A program made the position numbers and the translations under genes. A model generated the notes under the pieces. That model ran no database searches. It saw nothing but the letters and a program-made list of their open reading frames with translations, and was not told the origin of the DNA. Positions 28,453 through 38,000 of a stretch of 64,000 nucleotides of DNA are shown here, piece by piece (positions within the stretch are counted from its first letter, which is position 1; each line of letters opens with the position of its first letter). The DNA is from Akkermansiaceae bacterium (GTDB lineage Bacteria; Verrucomicrobiota; Verrucomicrobiia; Verrucomicrobiales; Akkermansiaceae): positions 1,977-65,976 of the forward strand of contig JBDNAG010000065.1 of NCBI GenBank assembly GCA_039768565.1. Reading direction: 5' to 3'.

Positions 28453-29451
28453 TCAGCAACAGCACCAAAAGTCCCTTCCTTCCTCAAATCCGGCCTCCTC
28501 AGCCAGCTCTCTCACTTTGAATCGTCCTCCACTCACTCCCACCGCGGAAAGCAAAATCGCATCCGGCCAGCGCCGTCCAAATTCCTCCGGGCCGGCAATC
28601 GGAGCCCCCTGACACGTACTCCCAATCCGCTTCGGACTAACCTCAAAATAGCCATGGACTTCAATTCCTCGAGAGATCAATTCCCGCCCAAGCACCTTTC
28701 CAATTGGCCCGGCACCCGAAATCACGACTCCTTTCTCTTTAATCTCCGGCAAGCGAGTTAAAGCGTCCGCTTTCAGGGCGAGCATCATTTTGTGCTCAAA
28801 ACGCGGGTCACTTCGAGTCAGCCGATCCGGCCGATCATTCCAATGATAGAGTAGGTCCGAAACCTTCCCGAATCGCGCTCCATATTCCAGCAAGCGCAGC
28901 CAAAGGTCATAGTCCTCCGCAAAACCGTTCCGCAGATAACCACCAACCTCTTCAAACAAAGACTTCGCCATCACAACTGTGGGCTGCACCACTGGGCTTT
29001 CCACAAATCGTTCCCGTGAAACTTTTTCGGGCGTATTCAAACCATTCACCCAATCCACATACCTCTGCATTCCTTCACCCAAGGCTCCTTCGACTATGAT
29101 CCCACAACTCACTACCTCGCACTCGCCGCCTTCCAATAGAGCAACCTGCTTCGCAATTCTTGTCGGATCACATCGATCATCCGCATCCATTCTCGCCATC
29201 CATTTCCCACGGCTCCCTTGAGCCGCCAAATCAAGCGCATCGAGCAACCTTGGTTCACCCCCCAAATCAATCACCCTCAACCGTGGATCTGACCGATCCA
29301 AGAACTCCCGTCGCACTTTTTCAGGACAACCATTCAACACCGCCAGGATCTCAAGATCAGGATAGGTCTGCTCCAACAAGTCGCCAAGAGCAAGCCCTGC
29401 ATGAAAGACTGCCGGCCCCACCGGAAAAACCACTGATACCAAATTATTCAT
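28453..29451 (-). CDS. GT2-family glycosyltransferase with a C-terminal Rossmann-like domain
   Basis: MARMDADD (DxD) and AEDYDLWLRL motifs. The C-terminal GVVISGAGPIGKVLG region looks nucleotide-binding. Confidence 0.65.
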   Translation of the reverse strand: MNNLVSVVFPVGPAVFHAGLALGDLLEQTYPDLEILAVLNGCPEKVRREFLDRSDPRLRVIDLGGEPRLLDALDLAAQGSRGKWMARMDADDRCDPTRIAKQVALLEGGECEVVSCGIIVEGALGEGMQRYVDWVNGLNTPEKVSRERFVESPVVQPTVVMAKSLFEEVGGYLRNGFAEDYDLWLRLLEYGARFGKVSDLLYHWNDRPDRLTRSDPRFEHKMMLALKADALTRLPEIKEKGVVISGAGPIGKVLGRELISRGIEVHGYFEVSPKRIGSTCQGAPIAGPEEFGRRWPDAILLSAVGVSGGRFKVRELAEEAGFEEGRDFWCCC

Positions 29452-29622
29452 CTAGTAACCTCCGGCCGCGCTTACCCCGCCCTGCTCATCGACCATGAGC
29501 GTCAACGGCCGTCAACACACCTCACAATCGTAATCCATCTGGCTCCCATAATCCTCGGGCGCAACTGCTGCGATAGCAAACCACTCGCCGCAGGAAGGGC
29601 ATTGGACTTCATCGTCGTTCAT
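29452..29622 (-). CDS. CPXCG-motif cysteine-rich zinc-ribbon mini-protein with an in-frame TGA (codon 37, 29512-29514): candidate selenoprotein, or truncated at 36 aa
   Basis: Not in the ORF track (under 60 aa). Translation: MNDDEVQCPSCGEWFAIAAVAPEDYGSQMDYDCEVC-TGA-RPLTLMVDEQGGVSAAGGY-TAG. The family hallmark, as I recall it, is CPxCG...DCxVCCRP, so the TGA sits on the second Cys of VCC and RP follows in frame. The final TAG abuts the ATG of the next gene. Confidence 0.6.
29484..29500 (-). promoter_or_regulatory. SECIS-like hairpin 11 nt downstream of the in-frame UGA
   Basis: RNA GCUCAU-GGUCG-AUGAGC: a perfect 6-bp stem with the apical loop GGUCG at nt 21-25 counted from the U of UGA. In the E. 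coli fdhF SECIS, as I recall it, the GGUC loop lies at nt 22-25. Confidence 0.45.
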
Positions 29623-29670
29623 GATTGAAAGCGTCGCCTCCAAGTCAAGAATCAGCAACCGTTACTTTTT

Positions 29671-30336
29671 TTAACCTCGAAACCGATATCCAACCCCACG
29701 AACAGTTTCAATCAACTCACCTCCGCTTTCGATCTTCTTCCGCAACATGTGTATGTGCTGATCTAGCGTCCTAGAATCCGGAAAATAATCCATTCCCCAG
29801 CAACGGTCCAAAAACTCGTTTCGCGACACCGGCAAACTTCGTCTCTCCTCAAGTAGTAAAAGCATCTTCACCTCGCGCAAGGTCAATTCGATTCCCCTCC
29901 CTCCCTGCTCGGCCCGCAATTCATCAGGCCAAATCACAACATCGGACATTTGAATCTTCCGACTTCCCTTTTCCGGATAGGCACGGCGTAAAGCCGATCT
30001 AATTCGAGCCATCACCTCTCCCGTCGTGAAGGGCTTCCGGATAAAGTCATCCGCCCCCAATTCAAGCCCGGCAACGATATCTTTCTCCTCGTTTTTAGCA
30101 GAAAGAAACAAAATTGGAGTTCGAGAATCCTTTTCACGCAACCTCCGACACACCTCGTATCCATCCATCCCCGGCATCATAATATCGAGACAAACCAAAT
30201 TAGGGTGCACCTCATCCCAAAGCTTCAATGCCATCTCACCGCCACTTGCTTCCACCACCTCGAACCCCTCCATTCGCAAAAGCTCCCCCAAGGCTTCAAG
30301 GGTCATCGGGTCATCTTCAGTCAGGAGAATTTTCAT
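29671..30336 (-). CDS. OmpR/PhoB-family response regulator
   Basis: Receiver domain (LVCLDIMMPGMDG, SAKNEE) plus winged-helix output (LTLREVKMLLLL..., RGVGYRF). Confidence 0.9.
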   Translation of the reverse strand: MKILLTEDDPMTLEALGELLRMEGFEVVEASGGEMALKLWDEVHPNLVCLDIMMPGMDGYEVCRRLREKDSRTPILFLSAKNEEKDIVAGLELGADDFIRKPFTTGEVMARIRSALRRAYPEKGSRKIQMSDVVIWPDELRAEQGGRGIELTLREVKMLLLLEERRSLPVSRNEFLDRCWGMDYFPDSRTLDQHIHMLRKKIESGGELIETVRGVGYRFRG

Positions 30337-31853
30337 GTCGTTTTCAGGGGGATCAATAATTCAAAAATAGTCATCTGCGGATCATCAACTAGGGAAAGAC
30401 TTCCACCCAGCGACCCCGCCAAGTCACGGGAAATTGAAAGGCCCAATCCGGTTCCGCTCACCCCTTCCTTTGTAGAATCAGAAACGCGTTCGAAGGGCTT
30501 GAAAATTTTAGCCCGCCGGTCGCGGGGAATCCCATCTCCAAGATCACAAACCCTTACCCTCAATGCCTTATCGCTCCGAGAAACAGAAACTGAAAGCCAC
30601 TCACCACTTGAGGCATACTTCTCAACATTTGAGATCAAATTCCAGACGATCTGCGATAGAGCATCTGCGTTAATTTGCTGTTGCCCGATCTCACCGGGAC
30701 TCCATTCGGTCTCAATTCCACGGCGTTCAAGCGCCGGGCGGAACTGGTCCAATACACCAAGAACAACTGCATCAGGATCGCAGGGAACCAAGCGATCTTG
30801 TCCTCCGTCACTAGACTTGCGCGAGTGAGTCAGAACATTCGTCACCAATCGCCCCAGCCTTGAAACCTCCTCACTCACCTTCTCCAACCGACGACCAGCA
30901 ATCTCAGGTTGGGATCGCAACGACCTTGATGCCAGCTCCAGATTCAAAGTCATATTAGTCAAGGGAGTTCCCAATTCATGAGAAACCCGGTTCACAAAAG
31001 AAACCCTTTGCTCGGACTCGTGCCACATCCTCTGCTGGGAAAAAAATAGGCCAAGGCCAACCCCGCCAATCACGGCCGCCAACCCAATTGCACCGAACAT
31101 CGTAGCCCACTCAAATTCCTGCTTCTCAGTTCTGCGGTCCCAAGCCCGGACCGCATACTTTCCGTCCCCGGTCTCTGCCGTCGCCATTCGCCCGTCCAAT
31201 CCCTCTCCGGCCAATCGCTTCCCGTTGTAAACAGCTTCCACTATTGAACCACCCATCGCAATCCGTTCGAAATCCCTCTGAAGCTGAAACCCAACGTCGT
31301 TCATCATCGTGGCCTCTTCCAACCAGCCTTCCACCAAATACAAAACCACCACACCTTGAAGCGGAGAAAACCACCACCCATAGAATGATTGTTCCTGATT
31401 GTCGATCCGACCTGATTCCCCAAAGGTTACCTCCTTACAAAGACCCTCCGGAACCACGATCGCTCGCTCCGTAATAAGCGGAATTTTTCCACCTTCCACC
31501 ACCACTTCGGCAGGTGACCTCGAGCCCACCCGCCCCAGTAAAATCCATTCCCGGCCCGGCCTTCCCTCTTGAAAAAGGAAAGCCCCACGGACTCCGGGTA
31601 GCGAGGAGATTTTCTCTTCGATCTCCTCAGCCATCGGCTTCGCAGCTTCGTAAGAAATCTCTTCAAGCGCGTTTTCCCTCTTCGATTTCCAGTCCACCAA
31701 AAGCGACGCGACTTTGGTCGAAAGCTCTTTAAGCACCTGCCGGTCAACAGACGTCACCCGCGTGGTTGAATGTCTCGCCAGAACCCCGCCAGCCAGCAGG
31801 ACCACGAGGGAGACCAGCAATGTGAGCACGAGACTGAGGTAGATTTTTCCCAT
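30333..31853 (-). CDS. Sensor histidine kinase with a periplasmic domain of about 220 aa
   Basis: TM1 at residues 5-27 and TM2 around MFGAIGLAAVIGGVGLGLFF. H-box SHELGTPLT, N box NLISNVEKY, G2 box GTGLGLSI. ATGA overlap with the response regulator. Confidence 0.9.
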   Translation of the reverse strand: MGKIYLSLVLTLLVSLVVLLAGGVLARHSTTRVTSVDRQVLKELSTKVASLLVDWKSKRENALEEISYEAAKPMAEEIEEKISSLPGVRGAFLFQEGRPGREWILLGRVGSRSPAEVVVEGGKIPLITERAIVVPEGLCKEVTFGESGRIDNQEQSFYGWWFSPLQGVVVLYLVEGWLEEATMMNDVGFQLQRDFERIAMGGSIVEAVYNGKRLAGEGLDGRMATAETGDGKYAVRAWDRRTEKQEFEWATMFGAIGLAAVIGGVGLGLFFSQQRMWHESEQRVSFVNRVSHELGTPLTNMTLNLELASRSLRSQPEIAGRRLEKVSEEVSRLGRLVTNVLTHSRKSSDGGQDRLVPCDPDAVVLGVLDQFRPALERRGIETEWSPGEIGQQQINADALSQIVWNLISNVEKYASSGEWLSVSVSRSDKALRVRVCDLGDGIPRDRRAKIFKPFERVSDSTKEGVSGTGLGLSISRDLAGSLGGSLSLVDDPQMTIFELLIPLKTT

Positions 31854-31862
31854 CGAAGAATT

Positions 31863-32630
31863 TTACTTCTTCACTTCTACGACAGATGCCGTGACGAAAG
31901 CGAACCAAACCCGAGCCTCTTTATTTGTCTTTCGGGTAGCCGGGCTCGGCGAAATCGTTCCGATCATGCTAGGCTCTCCCCCTTTCAAACTGAAACTGGA
32001 TTGTAATTTCTGTTCCTCAAATCGAGGCATATTCGCCTCAGACAACCCCTGACCCCATAAATCAGGGGCCTTCAAAGCGAGATGAGTCGCCGCAAACCTT
32101 AACAAAACCAATCCGACTTCAGCACCTAAAGTCGCCTCGACTTCGAGGGAATCTCCCAGTTTCAAGGTTACAAAGGCTGAAGGAGTGGCCGGAGTTACCG
32201 GGAAGTTCCCTTCATGCCAGCCTGCTCCCTTTTTGGCCTTAGCCACAGACTCTGCCAGACTGGCATTTTCCACATCCGGAGACTGTTCCAGATATCCACC
32301 AAGTTGATTAGGAAGCTTGGGCGGCTCAAACTGAGTGGGGAACATAAATTCACTCGCATGATCTACCGTGGCTTTTTGCCCGGTGAGCGACCTAATTGCC
32401 AATAGCTTCTCTTGCCTAACTTCTCCCTTTTCCAAACCGGTCACCATTCGAGAATACAATTCACGGTCGGTGAGCGAGTCACGTTGACTCTGCGCCCCTT
32501 CCCCTTCTGGAAGCGAGAACACCTCGTAAACTACTTGAATCAACTTTGGCGGCTCTTCTCCCTGGGCTGCCAGAGGCATCGCTCCAGAAATTAAAATCCC
32601 GCCAATCACTGCTACTATTTTCACTTTCAT
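31863..32630 (-). CDS. Secreted protein of unknown function, paralog B of a tandem family
   Basis: Signal peptide. Shares VVYEVFSLP, FMFPTQFEPPKLPNQ, FPVTPATP, GDSLEVEA, GQGLSEANMPRF, IGTIS and VWFAFVT blocks with the adjacent gene. Confidence 0.7.
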   Translation of the reverse strand: MKVKIVAVIGGILISGAMPLAAQGEEPPKLIQVVYEVFSLPEGEGAQSQRDSLTDRELYSRMVTGLEKGEVRQEKLLAIRSLTGQKATVDHASEFMFPTQFEPPKLPNQLGGYLEQSPDVENASLAESVAKAKKGAGWHEGNFPVTPATPSAFVTLKLGDSLEVEATLGAEVGLVLLRFAATHLALKAPDLWGQGLSEANMPRFEEQKLQSSFSLKGGEPSMIGTISPSPATRKTNKEARVWFAFVTASVVEVKK

Positions 32631-32633
32631 CGC

Positions 32634-33404
32634 TTACTTAGTGATAGAGGGTTCGTTGCTCAAATCTGTCGTAGTAATAAAAGCGAAGCTTACCAACTCC
32701 GGTCCTTCTTCGGGCTGCAACTCTGCTGGTGCACTTACTGTTCCCAGATAAAATGCCTGTCCTGATTGGGTCTCAACTGCAGTGCGAATTTCGGGAACCG
32801 AAAACCGAGGCATTTCCACTTTGGATAGCCCTTGTCCGTAGCTGTCTTTCTGAATGAGCACAGTGCGAACCGGAGCCACTCGCAGATCAACTTGGCCACT
32901 TTCCTTCACCACAGCCTCAACTTCGAGAGATTCTCCAAGAATCCTCTTTTTGTAAGCAGCCGGCGTCGCAGGAGTCGCTGGGAAAATTGTGACCTCCTTA
33001 CCGTCCGCCCCTTTTCTTTTTGAAGCTCCGATCACTTGATTGGGCAGCTCGGGAGGCTCAAACTCCAGAGGATAGGTGTATTCCTCGGCCTGACTTGTCA
33101 CCATCGACTGCCCTGAAATCCCCCGCACGGTAAGAAAGCTCTCCAGCTTCACCTTCTCCTCCTTCAAGCCAGCGAGCAACCGGCCATAAAATTCCGTATC
33201 CGCCAGGCCAGCCCTTTGCAATGCTGCTGCCTCGCTCAAAGGCAAAGTAAAAACCTCATAGACTACTTTCACCGGCAATGGCTTCACCGGCATTGGCACC
33301 GCTGGCTCGGGTGTTTTTGGTTTGCTCTCCTGGGCGAACATTGTCGTGGGCATCCCGAGCAATACCACCCCGAGTGTCAGCCCACAAAATCCTTGCTTAT
33401 TCAT
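32634..33404 (-). CDS. Secreted protein of unknown function, paralog A of a tandem family
   Basis: Signal peptide. Blocks VVYEVFTLP, YTYPLEFEPPELPNQ, FPATPATP, GESLEVEA, GQGLSKVEMPRF, LGTVS and VSFAFIT are collinear with paralog B. Only 3 nt separate the two genes. Confidence 0.7.
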   Translation of the reverse strand: MNKQGFCGLTLGVVLLGMPTTMFAQESKPKTPEPAVPMPVKPLPVKVVYEVFTLPLSEAAALQRAGLADTEFYGRLLAGLKEEKVKLESFLTVRGISGQSMVTSQAEEYTYPLEFEPPELPNQVIGASKRKGADGKEVTIFPATPATPAAYKKRILGESLEVEAVVKESGQVDLRVAPVRTVLIQKDSYGQGLSKVEMPRFSVPEIRTAVETQSGQAFYLGTVSAPAELQPEEGPELVSFAFITTTDLSNEPSITK

Positions 33405-33461
33405 ACATTTACCAATCTGCCCCAGAGGAGATCGGGCAGTGTCAAAACCCTGTCAAAAGAT

Positions 33462-33900
33462 TCACTCTTTTTCCTGCCCGGTCAACGTCACAAAGGCCAA
33501 CCAAACCATCTTTGCTCTGGCTATTTGCATTTGCTTCGGCAGAGAAACAGTTCCCACCAGAGCCGGTTTTCCAAGAGTGACCTCAAACTCTGAACGCAGG
33601 CTCTGAACCAAAAACGGGGCATCTCAATTTGCGCCATCCCCCATCCAAAAGCGTCAAAAGCAGTCAACCCAACTTTGGTTGGGCAAACCCTCAAACGATA
33701 TGACACTCCCACCCGATTGACCATAATTTCTAGAGTCTGACCCAGATTTTTAGTGTCGTAGGCAGTCACATCAGGGCGGGTCAGAAACGGAGAAGGCACA
33801 ACAAAAAGACCAGCATACGATCCCATGAAGGAGGAGAGGCTTCCTTCATACTCTGTCGGAAAAATAAACTCCTCAACCGACTCCGATTCGCTTTTTAAGC
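33462..33900 (-). pseudogene. Decayed third copy of the secreted paralog family (N-terminal half missing, one frameshift)
   Basis: EEFIFPTEYEG..LGQTLEI..GWGMAQIEMPRF lies in one frame. After a T5 run (A-run 33610-33614 on the plus strand), the homologous tail LVQSLRSEFEVTLGKPALVGTVS...MVWLAFVTLTGQEKE continues in another frame to the TGA at 33462. A TAA at 33920-33922 closes the frame upstream, and I found no signal peptide or VYEVF block. Confidence 0.55.
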
Positions 33901-34172
33901 ATGATCGCTTAAGAGGCCATTAGACGGCCCGGCAGAGCAGCCTATTCACTCGTTTTCCAACCAATAGCGCAGGCGAATAAAATCAACCTCCCTCCATCTT
34001 TTGGCGATATTGGTTCCGAGCATAATCGAATCCTCAAAATGATTGGCAACTCACTACTGCCGCATCGAAAATCAGCACCCCACACATTCACTTACAAAAG
34101 CTCTCTCGATGCTTCCCATTGAGGGAATGATCATGCCCTATGATCAGTCCATCTTAAGCCTTCGCAAAAGAC

Positions 34173-34973
34173 TCAATACCCACCACCAAAAGTTCCGCTT
34201 TGATACCTTTTGCGGTAGGCTCCGGGAGTCAGTCCGGTCTCCCTTTTAAAAAGCCGCCCAAATTGTCCCTGATCATAAAAACCACACTCGAGCGCTACAT
34301 CTCCAAGCCTCCCCCTCCCCCGCGTCAGAATCGTTCGGGCAGCATTGACCCGGGAGCGCAAAACAAATTGCATCGGAGCAATGCCGAACAACTTCCGAAA
34401 GCGGCGGTTCAACTGACTGACCGACAAGTCCACAAGCGCCGCCAATTCCTCCGCACTGATGGGTTCCGCAAAGTTCTCAAGAACATACTCTACCACCGGA
34501 GCAAGCCCCTCATAACTCTCCTTCAATTGCCCTGCGCTCTCCAAGGGTCTCATCACTCCAGCCAGACCGACAACCACTCCAGCGTGCCCCAACAATGGAA
34601 TCTTCGTCGAGACGAACCAGCGTTGCGCCCCCAAATAGTCATAGACCAACCAGATCTGCTCCGGAATCGGCTCTCCCCCCTCCATGACCCGCCTATCCTC
34701 TTCGCGATAGGCCGAAGCCATCTGGGGCGGATGGATATCAAAATCTGTTTTGCCAATCATCTCATCCGGATCCTCAAAACCATTTCTCCGAGCAGAGGCC
34801 AGATTCACCATCATAAATTCCCCCTCCCCATTTTTCAGGTAAAGGTGGGCATCCGGCAGCCAATCAAACAGTCCCAGAACCTGTGCCACCGATCCCAAAC
34901 CTTCCAAAAACTTTTCCTGCACACCCTTCACCGTCATGCGCGGATGATACAAAACCTTCAAAACTTCATCCAA
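34173..34973 (-). CDS. AraC-family transcriptional regulator with an N-terminal PAS-like sensor domain
   Basis: C-terminal HTH_AraC (LSVSQLNRRFRKLFG..., GFYDQGQFGRLFKRETGLTPGAYRK). The N-terminal 150 aa are PAS-like. It is divergent from the PSCyt gene, 47 bp away. Confidence 0.8.
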   Translation of the reverse strand: MDEVLKVLYHPRMTVKGVQEKFLEGLGSVAQVLGLFDWLPDAHLYLKNGEGEFMMVNLASARRNGFEDPDEMIGKTDFDIHPPQMASAYREEDRRVMEGGEPIPEQIWLVYDYLGAQRWFVSTKIPLLGHAGVVVGLAGVMRPLESAGQLKESYEGLAPVVEYVLENFAEPISAEELAALVDLSVSQLNRRFRKLFGIAPMQFVLRSRVNAARTILTRGRGRLGDVALECGFYDQGQFGRLFKRETGLTPGAYRKRYQSGTFGGGY

Positions 34974-35020
34974 GACAAAACAGCTTTGGGTCGATAGCTT
35001 ATCAAAACTCTCTTCTTTTC

Positions 35021-38000
35021 ATGCCACGCGCTTTCCTTCTCATCATTCTCGCTCTGCCTTCCCTCACCCAGGCAGCCGGGACAATTAGCTACAACCGGGA
35101 CATCCGCCCCATTCTCTCGAACAACTGCTTCTTCTGTCATGGATTTGACGAGAAGAAGCGCGAAGCTGACCTGCGACTCGATACCTTTGAAGGAGCAACC
35201 GAGTTCAATGCTATCGTTCCCGGTAAGCCCGAAAAGTCGGAACTGATCAAACGCATCTTCACCAAAGATGCAGATGATCACATGCCTCCGGTCGATACCG
35301 TTTACCGCCTCACTCAAAAGGAGAAGGAAATCCTGCGCCTTTGGATCAAGCAAGGAGCCTATTACGAAGATCACTGGGCCTTCCAAAAACTGACCCGCCC
35401 CAAGATCCCCGGCAATGATACGAACCCGATCGATTCATTTCTCAAACGCACCTGGAATGAGAAAGGAGTTGAGCCTGTCAACAAAGCTTCCCCACGCGTC
35501 CTGCTACGGAGACTTTCTTACGACCTTCGAGGTATCCCGCCCAGCTACGAAGAAGTCACGGTATTCCAAAAAGATCCCTCTCAGAAAAACTATCTCAGCT
35601 TCGTTGATCGCTGGACACAGTCACTCGAGCACGCCGAACATCAAGCCATACGCTGGCTCGATCTCGTCCGCCACGCCGACTCCAATGGCATGGTTTCCGA
35701 TGAACCCATTGCAACTGGCCCCTTCCGAAAATACGTCATTGAAGCTTTCCGGAAAAACATGGGCTTTGATCAGTTTACCCGTGAACAACTCGCAGGTGAT
35801 CTCCTTCCTGACCGGAACGATCGCACTCTGACCGCCTCCGCTTACAACCGACTCGTTAAAACCAACTGCGAGGCCGGCGTCATCGAAAAAGAAGCTCTCT
35901 ACGCGCTAAAGGGCGAACACGTTCGAGCACTTGGCACGGTCTGGCTCGGCCTGACTACCGGATGCGCCGAGTGCCACGATCACAAATATGATCCCATCCT
36001 CGCAAAGGATTACTACTCCCTCGCGGCCTTCTTTGATCCACTCATCGAAGCCGGCGTCTACGAACCCGGAGACCGAAGAGTTCCACTTCACTACATCCAC
36101 GAAGAGGCCGCCAAATCTTCAATAGAAAACGAGCTAACCACCCGAATCGACACCATCCGGAAGGAACTTTACTCCGCTCCCATCGAGCCGAATTCTTTAA
36201 AAAACTGGTCCGACGAAGTACTCAAACAAGAAGTAGAAGCCAAAGGCACCAAAGCGAAGGTCGATTGGATTTGGTTTCCGGCCACTCTCCCAGTGGCACA
36301 TATTACAAGAGGCGACTTCACTCAAAATGAAACCGGTCGTGAAATTATTGCGGGATCCGGCGAAATCAAGCAACACATGTGCGTCGAAACCTTGGCATCG
36401 TCGGACTTTGGCAACAGCGAGGAATACTTCACGCACGTTACCATTGATCCTGAAAACAAGCCTGACTTTGTCGCTTTCCAAATCATCAACGGCGCCTATC
36501 GCCGTATGGGCTGGCACGACAGTTACTTCCGCACATTCTACTGGGGCCCCAAAGATCACCCTACTGCCAAGAAAGCCTTTCCAACCAAGCTCACACACAT
36601 GGGCCCGCTACCCAAATCCGGCGAAGTCATTCGTCTCGTGGTTCCCAAAAGCAAGCTGGGAAAAGCAGCATACGTTCCCCAAGGGATGGCTTGGATTCAA
36701 CAAGGAGGAAAAGTCACCTGGGGTGGTTCCGGATACCAAACCACCGCCCATCGTTTCTTCACCAACGAAATGGCCGAATCAACGTTCCGCTACTTCTGGG
36801 AACTACCGTTCAACCGCGACGACCGTAAAGATTTCCCAACTCTCCTCCTCACATCCCTTAAAAAGTCACCTTCCTCCCGGCGAGCCATTCACCAAACCGT
36901 CATCGAGATGGCCTTTCGTGAATACCAAAATCCGAAACTCACGGCTCAACTCCACGAACTTTACCGTCAAATATACCTTCACCGTCAGGGAGCTACTGAA
37001 ACCCTCGTCAGCAAGGAAGGCCCTCCCAAGAAAACCCACGTTCTCAAACGTGGCAACTTTATGGACGAATCCGGTCCGGTCGCCACACCAGCCATCCCCG
37101 AAATTTTCGGGAAACTCGAATCAGTAAATCCCACCCGCCTCGACCTCGCCAATTGGATTGTCTCAAAAAACAATCCACTCACCGCCCGAGTCTTCGTCAA
37201 TCGGCTCTGGCATCAGTATTTTGGCCGGGGCCTAAGCGAGACCCTGGAAGACTCCGGGAACCAAGGCGATTGGCCGTCCCACGTCGAACTCCTCGATTGG
37301 ATGGCCGCCGAATTCCAGGAAGACTGGGATATTCGTAAAATGACCCGCCGTCTCGTCAGCTCCAAAGCCTACCAACTTTCGTCGATCCCCGGTTCTCTTC
37401 TCGCTCAAAACGATCCCACCAACCGTCTCCACGCCAGACAATCAAGGCACCGGCTTTCCGCCGAGCAAATCCGCGACTCGGCCCTCCTCACTGCAAACCT
37501 CCTTAAGCTTACCGATGAAATTCCGAGCGACTCCTTCTTCCCCTACCAGCCAAAAAGCTATTGGGAAAAGTCGAACAAGGTCATGTTTGGTTCCCGGTAT
37601 CAAATTTGGGAAACAAACGCAGGGCCGGAGCAATACCAACGCTCACTTTACACCTTCTGGAAGAGACAAAACCATCATCCTGCGCTCCTCGCCCTCGATG
37701 CACCCACCCGACAGGAATGCACCGCCCGGCGAGCCATCACCAATACCCCCGCCCAAGCTCTCGCATTACTCAATGATCCTCAGTTTGTGGAAGCAGCCCG
37801 TTGTCTGGCCACCCGGGTGATCAATCACGAAAAACCTATCGAGAAACTCTATCACCTCGCTCTCCAACGCAAACCGTCTAACAAAGAATCCGAAGAAATT
37901 AAAGCACTCCACAAAAAGCTCCTCGCCGAATTCAAAGCCAATCCAGAGGCCGCCAAATCTCTTCTCTCTATCGGACAATCCTCTTCGGGAGACCATGATC

